This document shows positions 1-11,929 of a DNA stretch of 64,000 nucleotides, piece after piece (position 1 is the first letter of the stretch; every line of letters begins with the position of its first letter). The translations under genes and the position numbers were made by a program. Source of the DNA: Macrostomum lignano (Eukaryota). Under the pieces are notes generated by a model. The model was given only the letters and a program-made list of their open reading frames with translations, made no database searches and had not been told where the DNA came from. The DNA lies in NCBI GenBank assembly GCA_002269645.1, contig NIVC01000323.1, forward strand, positions 290,092-354,091, written 5' to 3'.

Positions 1-75
1 CATAGAGAACAGTTAGGCTTGTGGGGTGTCAGTCATAGATAACAGTTAGGATTGTGGGATGTCAGTCATAGATAA
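1..75. repeat. ~33-bp tandem repeat (GTCAGTCATAGATAACAGTTAGGATTGTGGG), running off the window edge, intronic
   Basis: Two-plus near-identical units visible at the window start. Confidence 0.6.
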
Positions 76-172
76 TATGCTGTATGTTTTTTACATAATT
101 ATCAGCCGTATAGCCATAACTGTGCTCGGTAGTCTTGAGCTTCATATCCAGACTAACCATTTCATCCTTCAG

Positions 173-542
173 GTCCCGTCTGCGCGGGCGTTGTAGGCCT
201 AAAGATGCCTCGCTACTGTTTGTTTGGCGACACAGTCAACACAGCCTCCAGAATGGAGAGCAACGGCCTACCGCTAAAGATTCATATCAGCTCCTTCACG
301 CACGAGATTTTAGAGGAAATTGGAGGATTTGTCACTACAGCTAGAGGCGAAGTCGAAATGAAGGTACGGAGCTATACACGTGTGAATAACTTTTAAGCTT
401 TTAAATATGTATAATCTCTGTTTCTGACCTGAATACTTTGATTGATCTCCAGGGTAAAGGAAAGCAACTCACCTACTGGCTTCACGGCGAGGGCGACAGC
501 ATAGTAGACCCGGTTGTATCCAACGGGTCACTCAATCAGTAA
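173..542 (+). CDS. Guanylyl cyclase catalytic domain, last two coding exons (173-363, 453-542)
   Basis: AG at 171-172, then [32 protein letters not shown]...GEVEMK; GT at 364; AG at 451-452; then [13 protein letters not shown]...NQ and TAA at 540-542. The motif and the K|GKG intron position are typical of class III guanylyl cyclases. Confidence 0.93.
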
Positions 543-1089
543 AAAAGCGTGCTTTTAACATCTGAATTGGTTCACAAAACACCTTCTCATTCGCTTAAAA
601 GTAATGTGCTTATCCGCTGAACACAGTTTACCTGGTGATTGTTTTTAAGAATCAGATGGCAGTAATAACAACTCCCTGCTTACTGAAGTACAGATAATTA
701 AAGTAGAATGACGCTCACCTTCAAAGAAAACAAAAATATTATTTGAACTAAGGTAGTAAATACTCGTAGTATTTTGCATATCCAGATGGGTCACAATGCT
801 CTGTTCTAGGATGCGTATTTTGCTTGTTATTTTGTATATATTCATTAGCTCGTACTGGCTTTGACTTTCAAGCATTCTCAGTTTTGAAAACAATGTAGTA
901 AGTTTAATGTGCGTATACTACTAATTAGTATTCATTCTAAGTAGCATTTTTTGAATTTCGCTACGGTATGAAATTGCTTAATTACATCATTTCTAGCTGG
1001 TCTTATTTAAAAGAGATTCTACGAATTAATTTGTGTGATGGATGCTCCACAGCTTAGTTTAGGGCTTTAAAATTTACTCATTTTCTTAA

Positions 1090-1257
1090 TGGGACGCTAG
1101 AATTCGCGCAATTGGATTTGAGTTAGAGGGTTTAGATAGGAGTATTTGTTGGTGTAAATGTATTTAAATACATTCCCGCGAAATTCAGTCGCTTGGATTC
1201 CAGTTTGTTCAAAACCTAGTCGCGCGAATGCCAAATCGCGCGAATTCTAGCGTCCCC
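1090..1257. mobile_element. Small MITE, possibly PIF/Harbinger-type
   Basis: 19-bp perfect terminal inverted repeat GGGACGCTAGAATTCGCGC / GCGCGAATTCTAGCGTCCC, flanked by TAA and TTA; no coding capacity. Confidence 0.55.
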
Positions 1258-3242
1258 TTATGATTAGAAAACTAAAAAAACATGTACACACACGTAGAGC
1301 TAAGCTTGCTTATAAATCAAAGAGAACGAATACTGCAGTCGCACATTTATTTAGCAAAGTGTCTTGTCCACTAAAGCATGCTCGATTGGGTCGATGTTAG
1401 CGGCAACTCAGCTTCAAGTTCACGCTTGCAACTGTTTAGATTCATTCCACGGCTTAAAAATTTGAATTATGTAAACTTTTTTCGTTTTCTATAATTAGAA
1501 TTGATATTTGATGAAAAACTTGCAATACATTAAAATAAATTTGTAGATTCATATACACATATTTTTGTATGTCAATCCTACGAGCTAAGCAATTTTTCAA
1601 CTGTTTTTTAACGTTAAGACATTAGGATGAATATTTGTGCAAAGCCCGCTTCAAATGAAAGTCTGCCGTTTGTTGTTGTGAAATAAAAAAGTTATATCGC
1701 TAATAATATATTACGCATACAAGCACCACAATGTACATGGATTCTGAGCTCAAACTTGTTAGTGTTTTCTGTTAATGCTGAGATTACGCCTGCCTGTTTT
1801 GTACATTAGTATGATATATATCTCAGGAATCAGAAAGAAGAATACGTGCTTCAGCCAGTTGTATTATTTGTACAACTGTCCCATCGTTAAGTTTTGTATA
1901 TGTGGCGATAAATAGCTATATTGTACGAAAGTATTCAAAGATTGATGTATTTCTTGTATTTGTTAGTTCTCGAATACGGTTTGCAATTCAAACCAGGTCA
2001 ATGATCAAGCTAAAGCTAATTAGCTACAACTAACCAACCAAATGTACGCGCTAATAAAAGTACATGTAAACTAGCTCGTAAACTAAGTCCAACAAAAGTT
2101 CGAATCCCCTATCAAAAATGAGTGAGCTATCAGACGAAACAAAATTGCATGTTATACAAAGAAAATAACTCACGTTAATTCGCGATATGTTATACTTATA
2201 CATTCTCGTACAACAATTCAACGTTCCCGAGATGTCGATGACAGATACGTACTTTTACATTTCACCGACGTTCAGCCTCGACCAGACTGCGGTCCTCCTC
2301 CGACGGGCTTAACAGCTGGCAGGCCAATACTACTAGTACGTCCTTATCCGTCGATGTGATGTAAATGTCGACGTCGATGTGTATTGAATTGAAGGGAAAA
2401 CCAGTAAAGAATGTAAAAAAATTAAAACGACCATGAGTGTGCTGTGTAGTTTTTTATTTTCAAAAAAACCTCAGGAAGATGACCAGAGCGTCAGTCTAAA
2501 GCAGCTGGCCAGAGCGATCAAACTACAGAAGCTGCTGAAGTTTGACAGCTGCGACGACCTGTCTGACGAGTTCCGCGGGCGCACTGCTGAAAATAGCGAC
2601 AAGACAGATTCAAAGCTATGAGGCTGAATTCGACATCTAAAGTCTTCCATGAGCCCCTCATTGACTTCAAAGCTATCAGCTGGGACATTCACCAATCACA
2701 CGGATCTGTAATTCCTCTACGGCTCTGATGAAGGCTGCTGCAGAAAAATTCCACTAGCTTTACTGGCTTACCAATTGGAGCACTGAAAATGCTTGGGGCA
2801 GGACTGCTCTACTAGACTTGACTGACTGTTCAAAAAAGTAAAACAGGTGAATTCTTTCGAAGCGGTAAGCAGCTTTTTAAACAGTACGCCCATAGAACTC
2901 ATAGAACACAAAGTAACAACAAAGTACTTTGACTACTCGCCGTCGAGCTTAGGTAGTTTTTTGTAACAAGTTCAAAACTCATGCAAATGCTTAACTCAAG
3001 GACTTCTAGACGAGAAAGAAGTCTCGTCTATAACTAAAATTGTCCTTAGCTTAACTTTGCCCTGCATTTGCTTTTAAAAAGAACAGGCTCCAGTTTTAAG
3101 GATTGGCAGTAGTACTTATGGCTCTATAGAGTGTGTCAATCAGATTCAAACAATTTTTTCAGTGTAATTTGAGAATTATTCGTTCATCAAACTTTTTTAC
3201 CGCAAGGACCGGATGAAGAATCCAGCTCATGGCAGTTTTACA

Positions 3243-3481
3243 GGTTTGTGCTCGACCAGCTGTCTCTCATTCGGCCGAACCGCGACATTTTCGGCTTTGC
3301 TGGACCAGTTGGACTGACCAGAATCATGGAGCGGTACGAGGCCAAGCATCCGCTGACAAACGACTCCATGGAAGCGGTGTACGTGCCGCCATCGTTCAGC
3401 TTCTATCCGTACGAGAACAACTCGTGGAGCGGCATTTCGGAGGTTTTTTCAAAACTATCGACTGTCCAATATGGGCATTAG
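3243..3481 (+). CDS. Possible exon of a GT32/A4GALT-like glycosyltransferase C-terminal region
   Basis: TTTTACAG acceptor, then FVLDQLSLIRPNRDIFGFAGPVGLTRIM...VYVPPSFSFYPYENNSW, which resembles the GP..LT / FYP...W pattern. No upstream exons were identified. Confidence 0.3.
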
Positions 3482-4630
3482 CTGCAGGAAACTGACCGAC
3501 GCCAATGATCCCAGTATGCAGCATCTCAGAACGGTGAAGAACCTGACGCAGCTGTGATCAAATATCACCAATTATAACCCGGTCACGGATTCGTCACCAA
3601 CTGTGTTCGCCCTTCACGACATGCGGAAGAGCGGAACGAGCAGGGGTGGAGTTCTTGGACGGGAGTACTTCTCTGAGCAAATCGAAATTGTTCAAGTTGT
3701 AAAAGGGATTCTACTTGGTAGCTCGTACTAACTTTACAAGAGTTTAAATATCGTTGATTCGTCACCCGTCTCGGCTTTTTCTTCTGCTAATTGCAATGAT
3801 TTCAGCTGTACTTAAGCAGTGTATTTCATTGCATGAGATGTGGACAAAAAGAAGCGAGGGTTAATTAAATTTATACGTCACAATATGAAGTTTTTGCTGC
3901 GGAGCAAGGCCGATCAAAGTATTCAATCATGAAATTTTTGTTACACAACTGTAACGGTTCGATAATTCTGAGTTTGAAGCGATTGTGTTTCTTAAAACTT
4001 TAGTAGAATCAAATGCTATTTTTTGCTGTCTTACTTGTGTACGTCAATTTATTCTAGGGTTCTAATAATATGTTTTAGGATTTTGTTTAAGTAGATTTCG
4101 TTTCCAAGAAATGAGACTCATATTTAAGCATGCAACTTATAGTATTTTTCTGTAAACGTGTGGCAGCCTTGAACGTATATCAACTTAGCATGTACGTGAG
4201 ATATAAATTATAATCAGAGCCGATCACTTATCAAGATTTATTATGCTACGAGTAATAGTAAATCGTCCAGGACTGACAGACGTAGCTGCTGAACCATACG
4301 CTGCTAATACTCTCCTTCGCTAGTAATATTAAATATACCGGACTCGTTACACAACATTTATTCGAAGTATTGAACACTTCAAAAAGCGAAATACATGTAC
4401 CAACAAAATCATTTATCTTTTCTTAGAGCACGAAGGCTTTGTTGAAGTTATTATCAGCAAAAAGGCAATAAAATTTTATTGCTTAGGTCATTGATGGTTT
4501 TCTAATTTTAACTCATCAGACAAGATAAGATAAGACAAGATAAGACAAGTGTCAACGATGCATAAGCTAAGATGAATTCTAACAAAACGAAAAAGTTGCA
4601 TGTTGTTATACAAAAAAAGCGTTCAAGTTA

Positions 4631-4830
4631 AAGATCAACTTTTTAGTTTTACTTGAGTTACTTCAGTCTCATGGCTGAATAACTAAATTGTCTATAGTAA
4701 CATGCACAGTGTATACGCGAGTCGCTGAGCCGCTAGATTAAAAGATACTAAGAAATAATAAAAGATAGTTTTACGTGCTTTGAGCAGAGCATGAGGCCTT
4801 CTCTGTAAAAACTGGAATACTAATCCTTGG
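4631..4830. repeat. Dispersed ~200-bp repeat, copy 1 (copy 2 at 9851-10033); possibly LTR-derived
   Basis: Shared blocks TTTTTAGTTTTACTTGA, AATAATAAAAGATAGTTT, GTGCTTTGAGCAG, CTCTGTAAAA and TAATCCTT. Confidence 0.6.
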
Positions 4831-5268
4831 CTTTTTCACTGAAAAACGACACTAGCGACGACGCTTGGTTTAATCGAGCCACTCGAGCCAGCTGAAATCG
4901 GACGCTGGTTTCAGCGATTTTAGGCGGTCGCCAAGGTGCACAGATGGACTGACGAGGCGCTAAAGTATGCACTCATCTCTTAACTTTGGAAGGAAGGCGT
5001 TTTAAACACTGGCTGCCAGAGGAGGTCTATCAAAAATCCTATGCAGATCTATGCTAGAAAAGGAAATTGAGACTGAAAATTGATCGCGCACCGATACGCG
5101 TTTCATCACATGAGACAGGAAGATGGAGAAGAGGTAGCAACTTTCTCCAGAAGACTCCGACTATTAGCGGAGCCGTGTGTGTTTACGGACCGGGAAAGAT
5201 TTGCCTCCAACTCATGGAGAAAAATCTTTTAACTCAAATTTTTATCTCTGAATTTTGCTTTAGGGTAA

Positions 5269-5530
5269 TGCTTCTCCAGTGTCGAGAATGAGGAGCACTT
5301 CGTCTGTGACTGCCCAGCCTTTGCCCTTTACTCAGGGCAGGCTGACCTACCATGGGCACAATGTAATCCGGACCTCGCCGACGCTTTCAGTTCTGCCAGC
5401 TCGTAGCGCAACCAAAAGGCTACCGGGCGAGCGACCATCCACCTCCCGGACTCTACGAAGGGGCACCCAATTGGGACACCGGCACCACCGGATCTTCCTG
5501 CGCAGCACTAGCTGCCCGTGGTTTGCTAGG
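5269..5530 (+). mobile_element. Degenerate non-LTR retrotransposon C-terminal zinc-knuckle remnant
   Basis: Reads CFSSVENEEHFVCDCPAFA, an E-H-x3-CP pattern of CCHC knuckles, with a frameshifted continuation (RLTYHGHNVI). Confidence 0.4.
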
Positions 5531-5723
5531 GCCAAGACACAGTCAACATGGTTTGACATTCACCTCATTTTCATTTCCACCAATGAAAATTTACCGAAAA
5601 GCAAGCACACGGTTGGTCAGAAAAAGGATATATAATAGGCTTCATAGAAATTTTTATTTTAGAAGCGATCAGCATCGTCTCTCGTTTATTACTCTGAAAA
5701 AATCCAGCAGCCTACAAGCAAAA

Positions 5724-6461
5724 ATGAACAGGGTATCAAACATTGTAGCCTGGATGAGTCTTGTACTCGGCCTCACCGCCGCCAGCGAACAGGTGTACAC
5801 CCTCATTGACGGCAGCCTCTGCATCAACGATGAGTTTGTTGAGTCCTACCCGAACGAGGACAGCAAAATTGGGTGCGCTGCTCTGTGCTCCGAGAAGCTG
5901 CGCTGTCAGGCGTTCAGCCTGGCTGACGGTCCGTGCCAGCTGTTCGTGTTTGATAAGTGCAGCAAGTCGGTGAGGAGCTGCGGCTGCTCCAGGAGAGGCC
6001 GGGTGTTCGTCAAGCAGCGGCCGGGACTCGAGGCGGGCGCGCTGTGTCCGTCTGGCTACGGCATGGACCTGTGTGGAGTGAAGTACAGGCTGTACTCTGG
6101 CATCGGGACGTGGTGGCCGAGCAGGCAGAAGTGCGAGTCAGAGAGCGGTCTGGTCATCATGGCCGACGTGACCAGCGCTGAGGAACTGAGCCACGTGGAC
6201 TGGATTTTTACCGACAATAGTAATTCGAGATTCTGGCTCGGAGGCCTCCAGCCAGAAGGCAGTGCGGAGCCGGCTGGCGGTTGGTACTGGGTCGGCTGCA
6301 ACACCACCGTTGATCCAGCTTTTTGGCGCAGCGGAGAGCGAAACAACCACGGCGGCTTTGAACCCACGATAGCCAAGACAAACACCCAAGGCCTGACTGA
6401 CGTCAGGGAAGATTCTTCGGCCAGCATTGCATTCTGCGAGTGTGCCTCTCCGTTCGACTGA
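5724..6461 (+). CDS. Secreted PAN/apple-domain plus C-type lectin-like domain protein (245 aa, intronless)
   Basis: ATG at 5724; signal-peptide-like IVAWMSLVLGLTAA; PAN cysteine pattern (CAALC...CQAFS...CQL); CTLD features (W..SRQKC, FWLGG, WYW, FW..GERNN, terminal FCE). Confidence 0.85.
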   Translation: MNRVSNIVAWMSLVLGLTAASEQVYTLIDGSLCINDEFVESYPNEDSKIGCAALCSEKLRCQAFSLADGPCQLFVFDKCSKSVRSCGCSRRGRVFVKQRPGLEAGALCPSGYGMDLCGVKYRLYSGIGTWWPSRQKCESESGLVIMADVTSAEELSHVDWIFTDNSNSRFWLGGLQPEGSAEPAGGWYWVGCNTTVDPAFWRSGERNNHGGFEPTIAKTNTQGLTDVREDSSASIAFCECASPFD

Positions 6462-6964
6462 AACTCATCGGATTTTTAACAACATTAGTGAACAACCACT
6501 GAAGTCGAGGTTGAGCTTTAGCTACTCAGTGGACTTTCAACCAAGGACTGTCCTCGAAAACTTAAAAGTTTATCATATATGCCTGAATACTCCGTTGATC
6601 TCTACGTAGTTGATGAAACGATTTTTTTCTCTCTAAAATTTGTCGTGGCCTATATAGCCTTTCTCTCGATGGCAAACTGAAAATCGAATAGGTTTGTTGT
6701 TGCTGCTTTTGCTTTGAAATTAGTAATTTTAAGTTCCAACATTTTTTATCATATGCAAATTTTAATTAACCAAGACAGATGCTGACAGAACCGGACAAGT
6801 ACTGTGTTCTGTGCAAGTGACTACTGCCTTTTAATTGATTCTGAGAAACTGCAGGCACCGCCGAGTAAGAGGAACCGGATAAACAGATTTAATCACAAAA
6901 TTATATTTCTAAGCTGTCAAAGTGACCGTCAAGCCGTGTTTAAGCGTCCAGAATTAGTTATATA

Positions 6965-7897
6965 CTGGGTGCTGGGACTGGGTGCTGAGAACCGGCCTGC
7001 CCAACCTGGATGACGGCTTCCTTTTGAGAAGACGCACGAGTCGGCGGCACCCGGAGAAGCGGCTCTCCGTTCTCGGCTACGCGGACGACCTCGCGCTACT
7101 TTCATCGACGGCTGAAGGTGCCCAGCGGCTGCTTGATGGCCTGACGGCGGCAGCGTCGCGGGTCGGCCTTAAGCTGAACGCGCGGAAGACGGTAGTGTTC
7201 ACGGTGCCCTCCGACTTGCCGGCCGAGATCAATTACCGAGACGCTGCCGGGAATGCATTTATGCTTACCCGCTGCGAGCGCTTTGTGTACCTCGGCGGTT
7301 CCGTGCCGGACGTTGCCGACGACCTGAAGAGACGACGAGGACTGGCCTGGGCCGCATTTCGATCTGTGCGCTCCGTGCTCCAATCTGAGGCCCTGGACGA
7401 CGGGCTCAAGGCTCGGCTGTTTCAGGCAGTCGTCGAGACTGTCCTGTTGTACAACGCCGAGACTTGGACCCTGACGGACGCCTTGGAGAGGCAGCTGGAC
7501 GCTGCGCATGCGGCCATGCTGCGTGCGGCTTTCGGAGTGCGCAGCGGCCCAGGCAGCGAGACCAATGCCGCGCTCTACACTAGGGCGCGCCTGACGCGGC
7601 CTTCTGACCTGCTGCGCGGGCGGCGACTTCGACTGGCTGGCCACGTCATCCAGTCGGAGGCCCGCTGTCCTGAGCCGCTACACGACGTGCTGCTGCTCAA
7701 GCTGCAGGGACCGCGGAGGCGAGGCCAAGGGCGAACGGTGCGATACCCTGACCGACTTTTGAGTGACGCTGGCGCCCCGGACCAAGCAGAGGGATGCGAC
7801 TTCCTGAGGGCAATGGCCCAGAGACGCGCTTTCTGACTGCTCCCCCCTTTCTGGCTACTGCGTGGCCGGCGGGAGCAGTACCTTGTTGTTGTTGTTG
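6965..7897 (+). mobile_element. 5'-truncated RTE-clade LINE with open RT C-terminal frame
   Basis: YADD motif, FVYLG and LLYNAETWTL; stop at 7836; (GTT)n tail; 10-bp TSD TAGTTATATA at 6955-6964 and 7898-7907. Confidence 0.9.
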
Positions 7898-8968
7898 TAG
7901 TTATATAACTACATGTAATAATTCAAACATTCCGTCTGCTTACAGTACACAGATTTCCTAATGAAACCTGACGCAATGTATTCAGAAATTTATTCAGTAA
8001 CGTCGCAATGTTACAACGTGCTAGATATTACCTAGCTCGTAAATACATGCACTTTTTTTAAAGCACAAATACCGTGTATTCAATACAGTTTACATTGTTA
8101 TGATTGTCGGAAGTCGTGAAGTCGGAATGAAAAATCCAGCTGTAGCTAGTTCATTAGACAACCTTCTACTTCGATTTTTAAGCAAACCCTCTCTTCATTA
8201 AACAAAACTGCAGTCAGTTTTTTATTTAAAATCTGTTTGACCTTCTTAAATATAGTTGACCTCAGTTTTAGTCTGACGCATAAACAGTTTGCATCAAAAG
8301 TTACTTGTACTTGTTCTTTCGTAGTTTGGAGTTTTTATACAACGCCAAGCAACATCATGTATCAAAAATACTCGATGGATCATTTCTGAGAAGCGATCAG
8401 TGTGAAATTACCGGTTTGCATTACCCCCAAATGGTTTCGCGGGTCAAAGATTCCTCAAATCAATGAATGAGTGCCATCTGATTTTTCAAAAACATATTGT
8501 GGTAAAGAAGTCGAACAACACATTACATTCGCACTAGACTGCGTTGCAACTTAGACTTGACTTCACCCTGTCGAAAATAAAAAAATCATTGAGGAATTGC
8601 TGGGACGTCAAGGCTCATGGGGAAATTTCTGAAATAGACTCACAGGGGTTGCCGATATAAGACGATCTCTTTCTTCTAGTGTTAGCCATCTTCTAGTTCT
8701 AACGGATTCTGCTGCATTTTTGAGACCTTACAACCGAGATCGCGGTTGGCTATATTCTTTCTTGTCTCAACTTTGTCGTTAACTTAAATATAAGTTAGGA
8801 CTTAAGTAGTTATGAATTAAGTTCTTTGAAAGCGAGGAAGAAAGAAGTGTCCTGGGGGCTGAGCTCCCGTCTATTCTAAAAAATAACTCCAACTTCATCC
8901 CCTGCCATCGATGGGTGTGGTGTCGCGTGGTTAACGACGGCAAGTTTTACACAAACAGCAGATGCAGT

Positions 8969-9105
8969 AACAACAACAATAACAACAGAATACGCAGTTA
9001 GCTTCACTGTGTCACAGGGCGCGCTTCAAGGCCAGGTCGCGGATGAACACCACGCTGCCGGCCGAATCCGGGGCGCCGGCGTCAGCCAGCAGGCAGTCGA
9101 CGCGC
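8969..9105 (-). mobile_element. Short 3' fragment of an RTE LINE
   Basis: Minus strand reads VDCLLADAGAPDSAG...LKRAL* followed by a (GTT)n tail; homologous to 12770-12896. Confidence 0.75.
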
Positions 9106-9569
9106 CCGCTGGCTCCTCCCCAGTAGCGGCCCCGTGCCGAGCTGATTTAATATTCTTTGGCCGGCCGCTTCCGCTAGTCAGCCGCCTCGCCTTTGAGCTT
9201 CTTAACTTTGAAATTGATGGTTGCTGCTGTATATTTTTGCCTGCGTTGCTGCATTCCATTCTGGGCCCCTACTCGTTTGCTGTATTCCATTGTCTTGGCT
9301 GCCTCATTAGATACTGTATGCCGGCTTCAGTTTACCTCAGCCTTGCCTCTCTTCCTGCCCTTGTCTTTGCCTCATTTTAAGTCTACAAGCTGTTGATACC
9401 CGCGGATTTTGAACCATCTGAATTCTAATTCCCGTAACTGTTTTTGCAGGCAGTCTTGAATTTAATTTCATACTCAACCAAAAACTGCAATATCGCAACT
9501 CCCAAAACTCTGCAAGGTCTGCAAGAAGGTCACCCGCCGAGCTTATGCGAAGGCATGCGCTTCGTACCA

Positions 9570-9845
9570 CGGCACTCATCGTGGTCATCGGAAGTCATTC
9601 AGAAGTCATCGGACAAGAAGGCAAGACCATCGTGGACGTCCAATTGGATGAAGACAAAGTTGGGCGTTACCACCGAGAGCAGACCAGGCCAAGGTTCCCA
9701 CATGAGAGACCTCAGCAGGACATCACAGCTGATTCAGGCGAATCTGAGGTAACCGAACCTTGGAGAAGCAACCGCTTGAGAAAAGCTTCGGACAGACTAA
9801 CCTACGATCGACCTGGTCACTCTAGCTAATGGGAAGCAGTGTTGG
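9570..9845 (+). mobile_element. Ty3/Gypsy pol C-terminal remnant with a putative PPT and 3' LTR start
   Basis: EVIGQEGKTIVDVQL...RYHREQTRPR and WRSNRLRKASDRLTY resemble integrase C-termini; GGGAAGCAG precedes TGTTG at 9840. Confidence 0.5.
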
Positions 9846-9850
9846 AATTG

Positions 9851-10033
9851 AAGATAAATTTTTAGTTTTACTTGAAAGAGCCGTTAACGGCTGAGTGACT
9901 TATTTGCCTATGGCAACATGTACAGTGTACTATTCGCGAGATTAAATATACTAGGGAATAATAAAAGATAGTTTGATGTGCTTTGAGCAGGGCACAAGGC
10001 CTCCTCTGTAAAAGTGGAGCATTAATCCTTTGG
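9851..10033. repeat. Dispersed ~200-bp repeat, copy 2 (candidate LTR body)
   Basis: Aligns by eye to 4631-4830 and lies directly after the Gypsy-like PPT. Confidence 0.6.
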
Positions 10034-10458
10034 TCGTAAATTGATCAATCAAAAAGTTGTAATTGACATTTGATTGATGGAAATTCTCATGCGTTTTTAA
10101 TTCCTTTAAAAACAAATGAAAACGTATGAATAATGGACAGTGAAGTGAATGCTTTATAAACATGTGACACCGAAGTAACCTGTCACCTAAATGGATGTTA
10201 CTGAAGTGATTGACACCGAAGTGCGCTTTGTAGATGATATTTTTGACATTGATAATATTTTAGCGCTGAAGGCAGGTAGTTCAGGTATTTAAGTTTTAAA
10301 ATATCTATACTCAGCAACATTCAAAAGTTCCACCCTCCAAGCGAGATGAAAATGTTCTCACTTATTGCGACAACTTCTCACTCTGCACAATCCAACCCTC
10401 AATTGTTACGCAACTAAGCCGCGAGGAGAAGAAAGTTGATTAAATCAATAATAAACGT

Positions 10459-10850
10459 CAGTGGCACAAAATCATAACAATTTATTTTTTACAATATTAA
10501 GTTAGAATCTCGGTGCTTAATAACGCGTGTGGGATCTCAACGCACACAGAAGTGCAGCGAATCTGCGGGGCATCGCCAGGATGAGGCAGCGCAGAAAGTC
10601 CTGGGGAAGCTGCGGCCAAGCGTTTTCAGTGGCATTACGCAGCTCTGCAACATTTTGTGGTGGATTCTCTTTCCAAATGCTGCGTTTTCGAAAAGTCCCA
10701 GACATGCTCGATGGGATTCATGTCTGGGAACCGGGAAGACCAGCGCAGAGTGCGCAGCTGTAGCTGTTCTTTCAGTTGACTAACAGCATCGGCTTGGTGA
10801 GGCGGCGCGTTGTCACCCTGGACAACCCCCGAGTGGTAATAAGCTTCGCG
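10459..10850 (-). mobile_element. Tc1/mariner transposase 3' remnant
   Basis: QGDNAPPH...W..RFPDMNPIEHVW, then a frameshift, then ELRNATENAWPQLPQ...MPRR...HTRY*; CAGTG terminal motif at 10459. Confidence 0.85.
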
Positions 10851-11929
10851 CGTACCGTAAGTTGCGTCACTCGCAAAGTGAGCAAAATTCATCTCGTTTG
10901 GAGGGTGGAACTTTTGCATGTTGCTGAGTATATACACAATACTCTCAGTCTAAATAGCTGGCAGTGGCAGTACGAGCTCGCATATTTACTTGTACGAATC
11001 AAAGCGGCTCAAATCGGAATCAAAACACTCAACAGATAAGAGAGCAAAGCAGCAAATTAAGCCAGCAAATTCCTGCCAGCAAGCTTCAGCTAGCGCAGCA
11101 GATTTCCTGCTGGCAAATCTCGTCCTCGCATTTAGCAGAGTAATTTTAATTACAATTAACGATAGGTTCTCCACTATGCAGCGTCCAAAACACCTGAAGG
11201 CACTGGGAAAACTTTTAGTCAGCCCCAACTGGATCGGTGTTAAATATCAGAGTTTGCAGTTGCCAAGATAAATGTTTGCATGTCGCACCAACCCGATGCC
11301 GGATGCCAACTCTCATAACTAAAGCAGCTGCTACATGTACGAGTAGATCGCTTATTTGAGTTTTACATTATGCTCAAAATAAAGAGTCTAACCTGGGTTT
11401 GGGTAGGGAAAAACTGACTCCAACGGAATTTGCACAAGTTTATCTACAATTCTGTATAAAACTGCGTGGGTGTCAAATAACTGCAGTAACCAGATCAGGT
11501 TGCATTAAATAAATTTGGAGTGTAGAAATTGACTAGCAGTGGAAAATAAAAAATTAATATTGGATACAATTTTTTCTCGGAAGTAAAATGGTCCGACCGG
11601 GCGTAGCTTGGTTGAGTGTTAAACCAGTGGGGCGTGGCTCATGTGCGTTGGTGCAGGGGGAGGTGGGCCGGGCCTTGGTCACGTGCGTTTCTTTATTTAT
11701 AAACTTGGTGGCGTTATTTAGTGCGATGCGGGCTGTCGCTGACCCGCCAAGCGCGTATTGATTTTTTTATGACTAGTCCTGTGAAGTTTGCGTGCTTACG
11801 GCAAAAGCTTTTGCGGGGATTTGCGGGGATTTTTTTTCACACGTTTTTCAACGTAGAAAGGCGTATTATATCTTCTTGCTACAGCAATCAAACTAGCCAT
11901 AGGATCTGCTTTGAGCTACCAAGAATGGG

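Noticed and set aside
2433-2800. Possible transposase remnant
   Set aside because: Coding-like composition but no diagnostic motif.
173-6461. Functional clustering of the guanylyl cyclase and lectin with the cGLR array
   Set aside because: Proximity alone is weak evidence in a eukaryotic genome, and no shared regulatory signal was seen.
10203-10275. RFVDDIF, resembling a Penelope-like RT motif
   Set aside because: A single short motif with no flanking RT sequence; could be chance.
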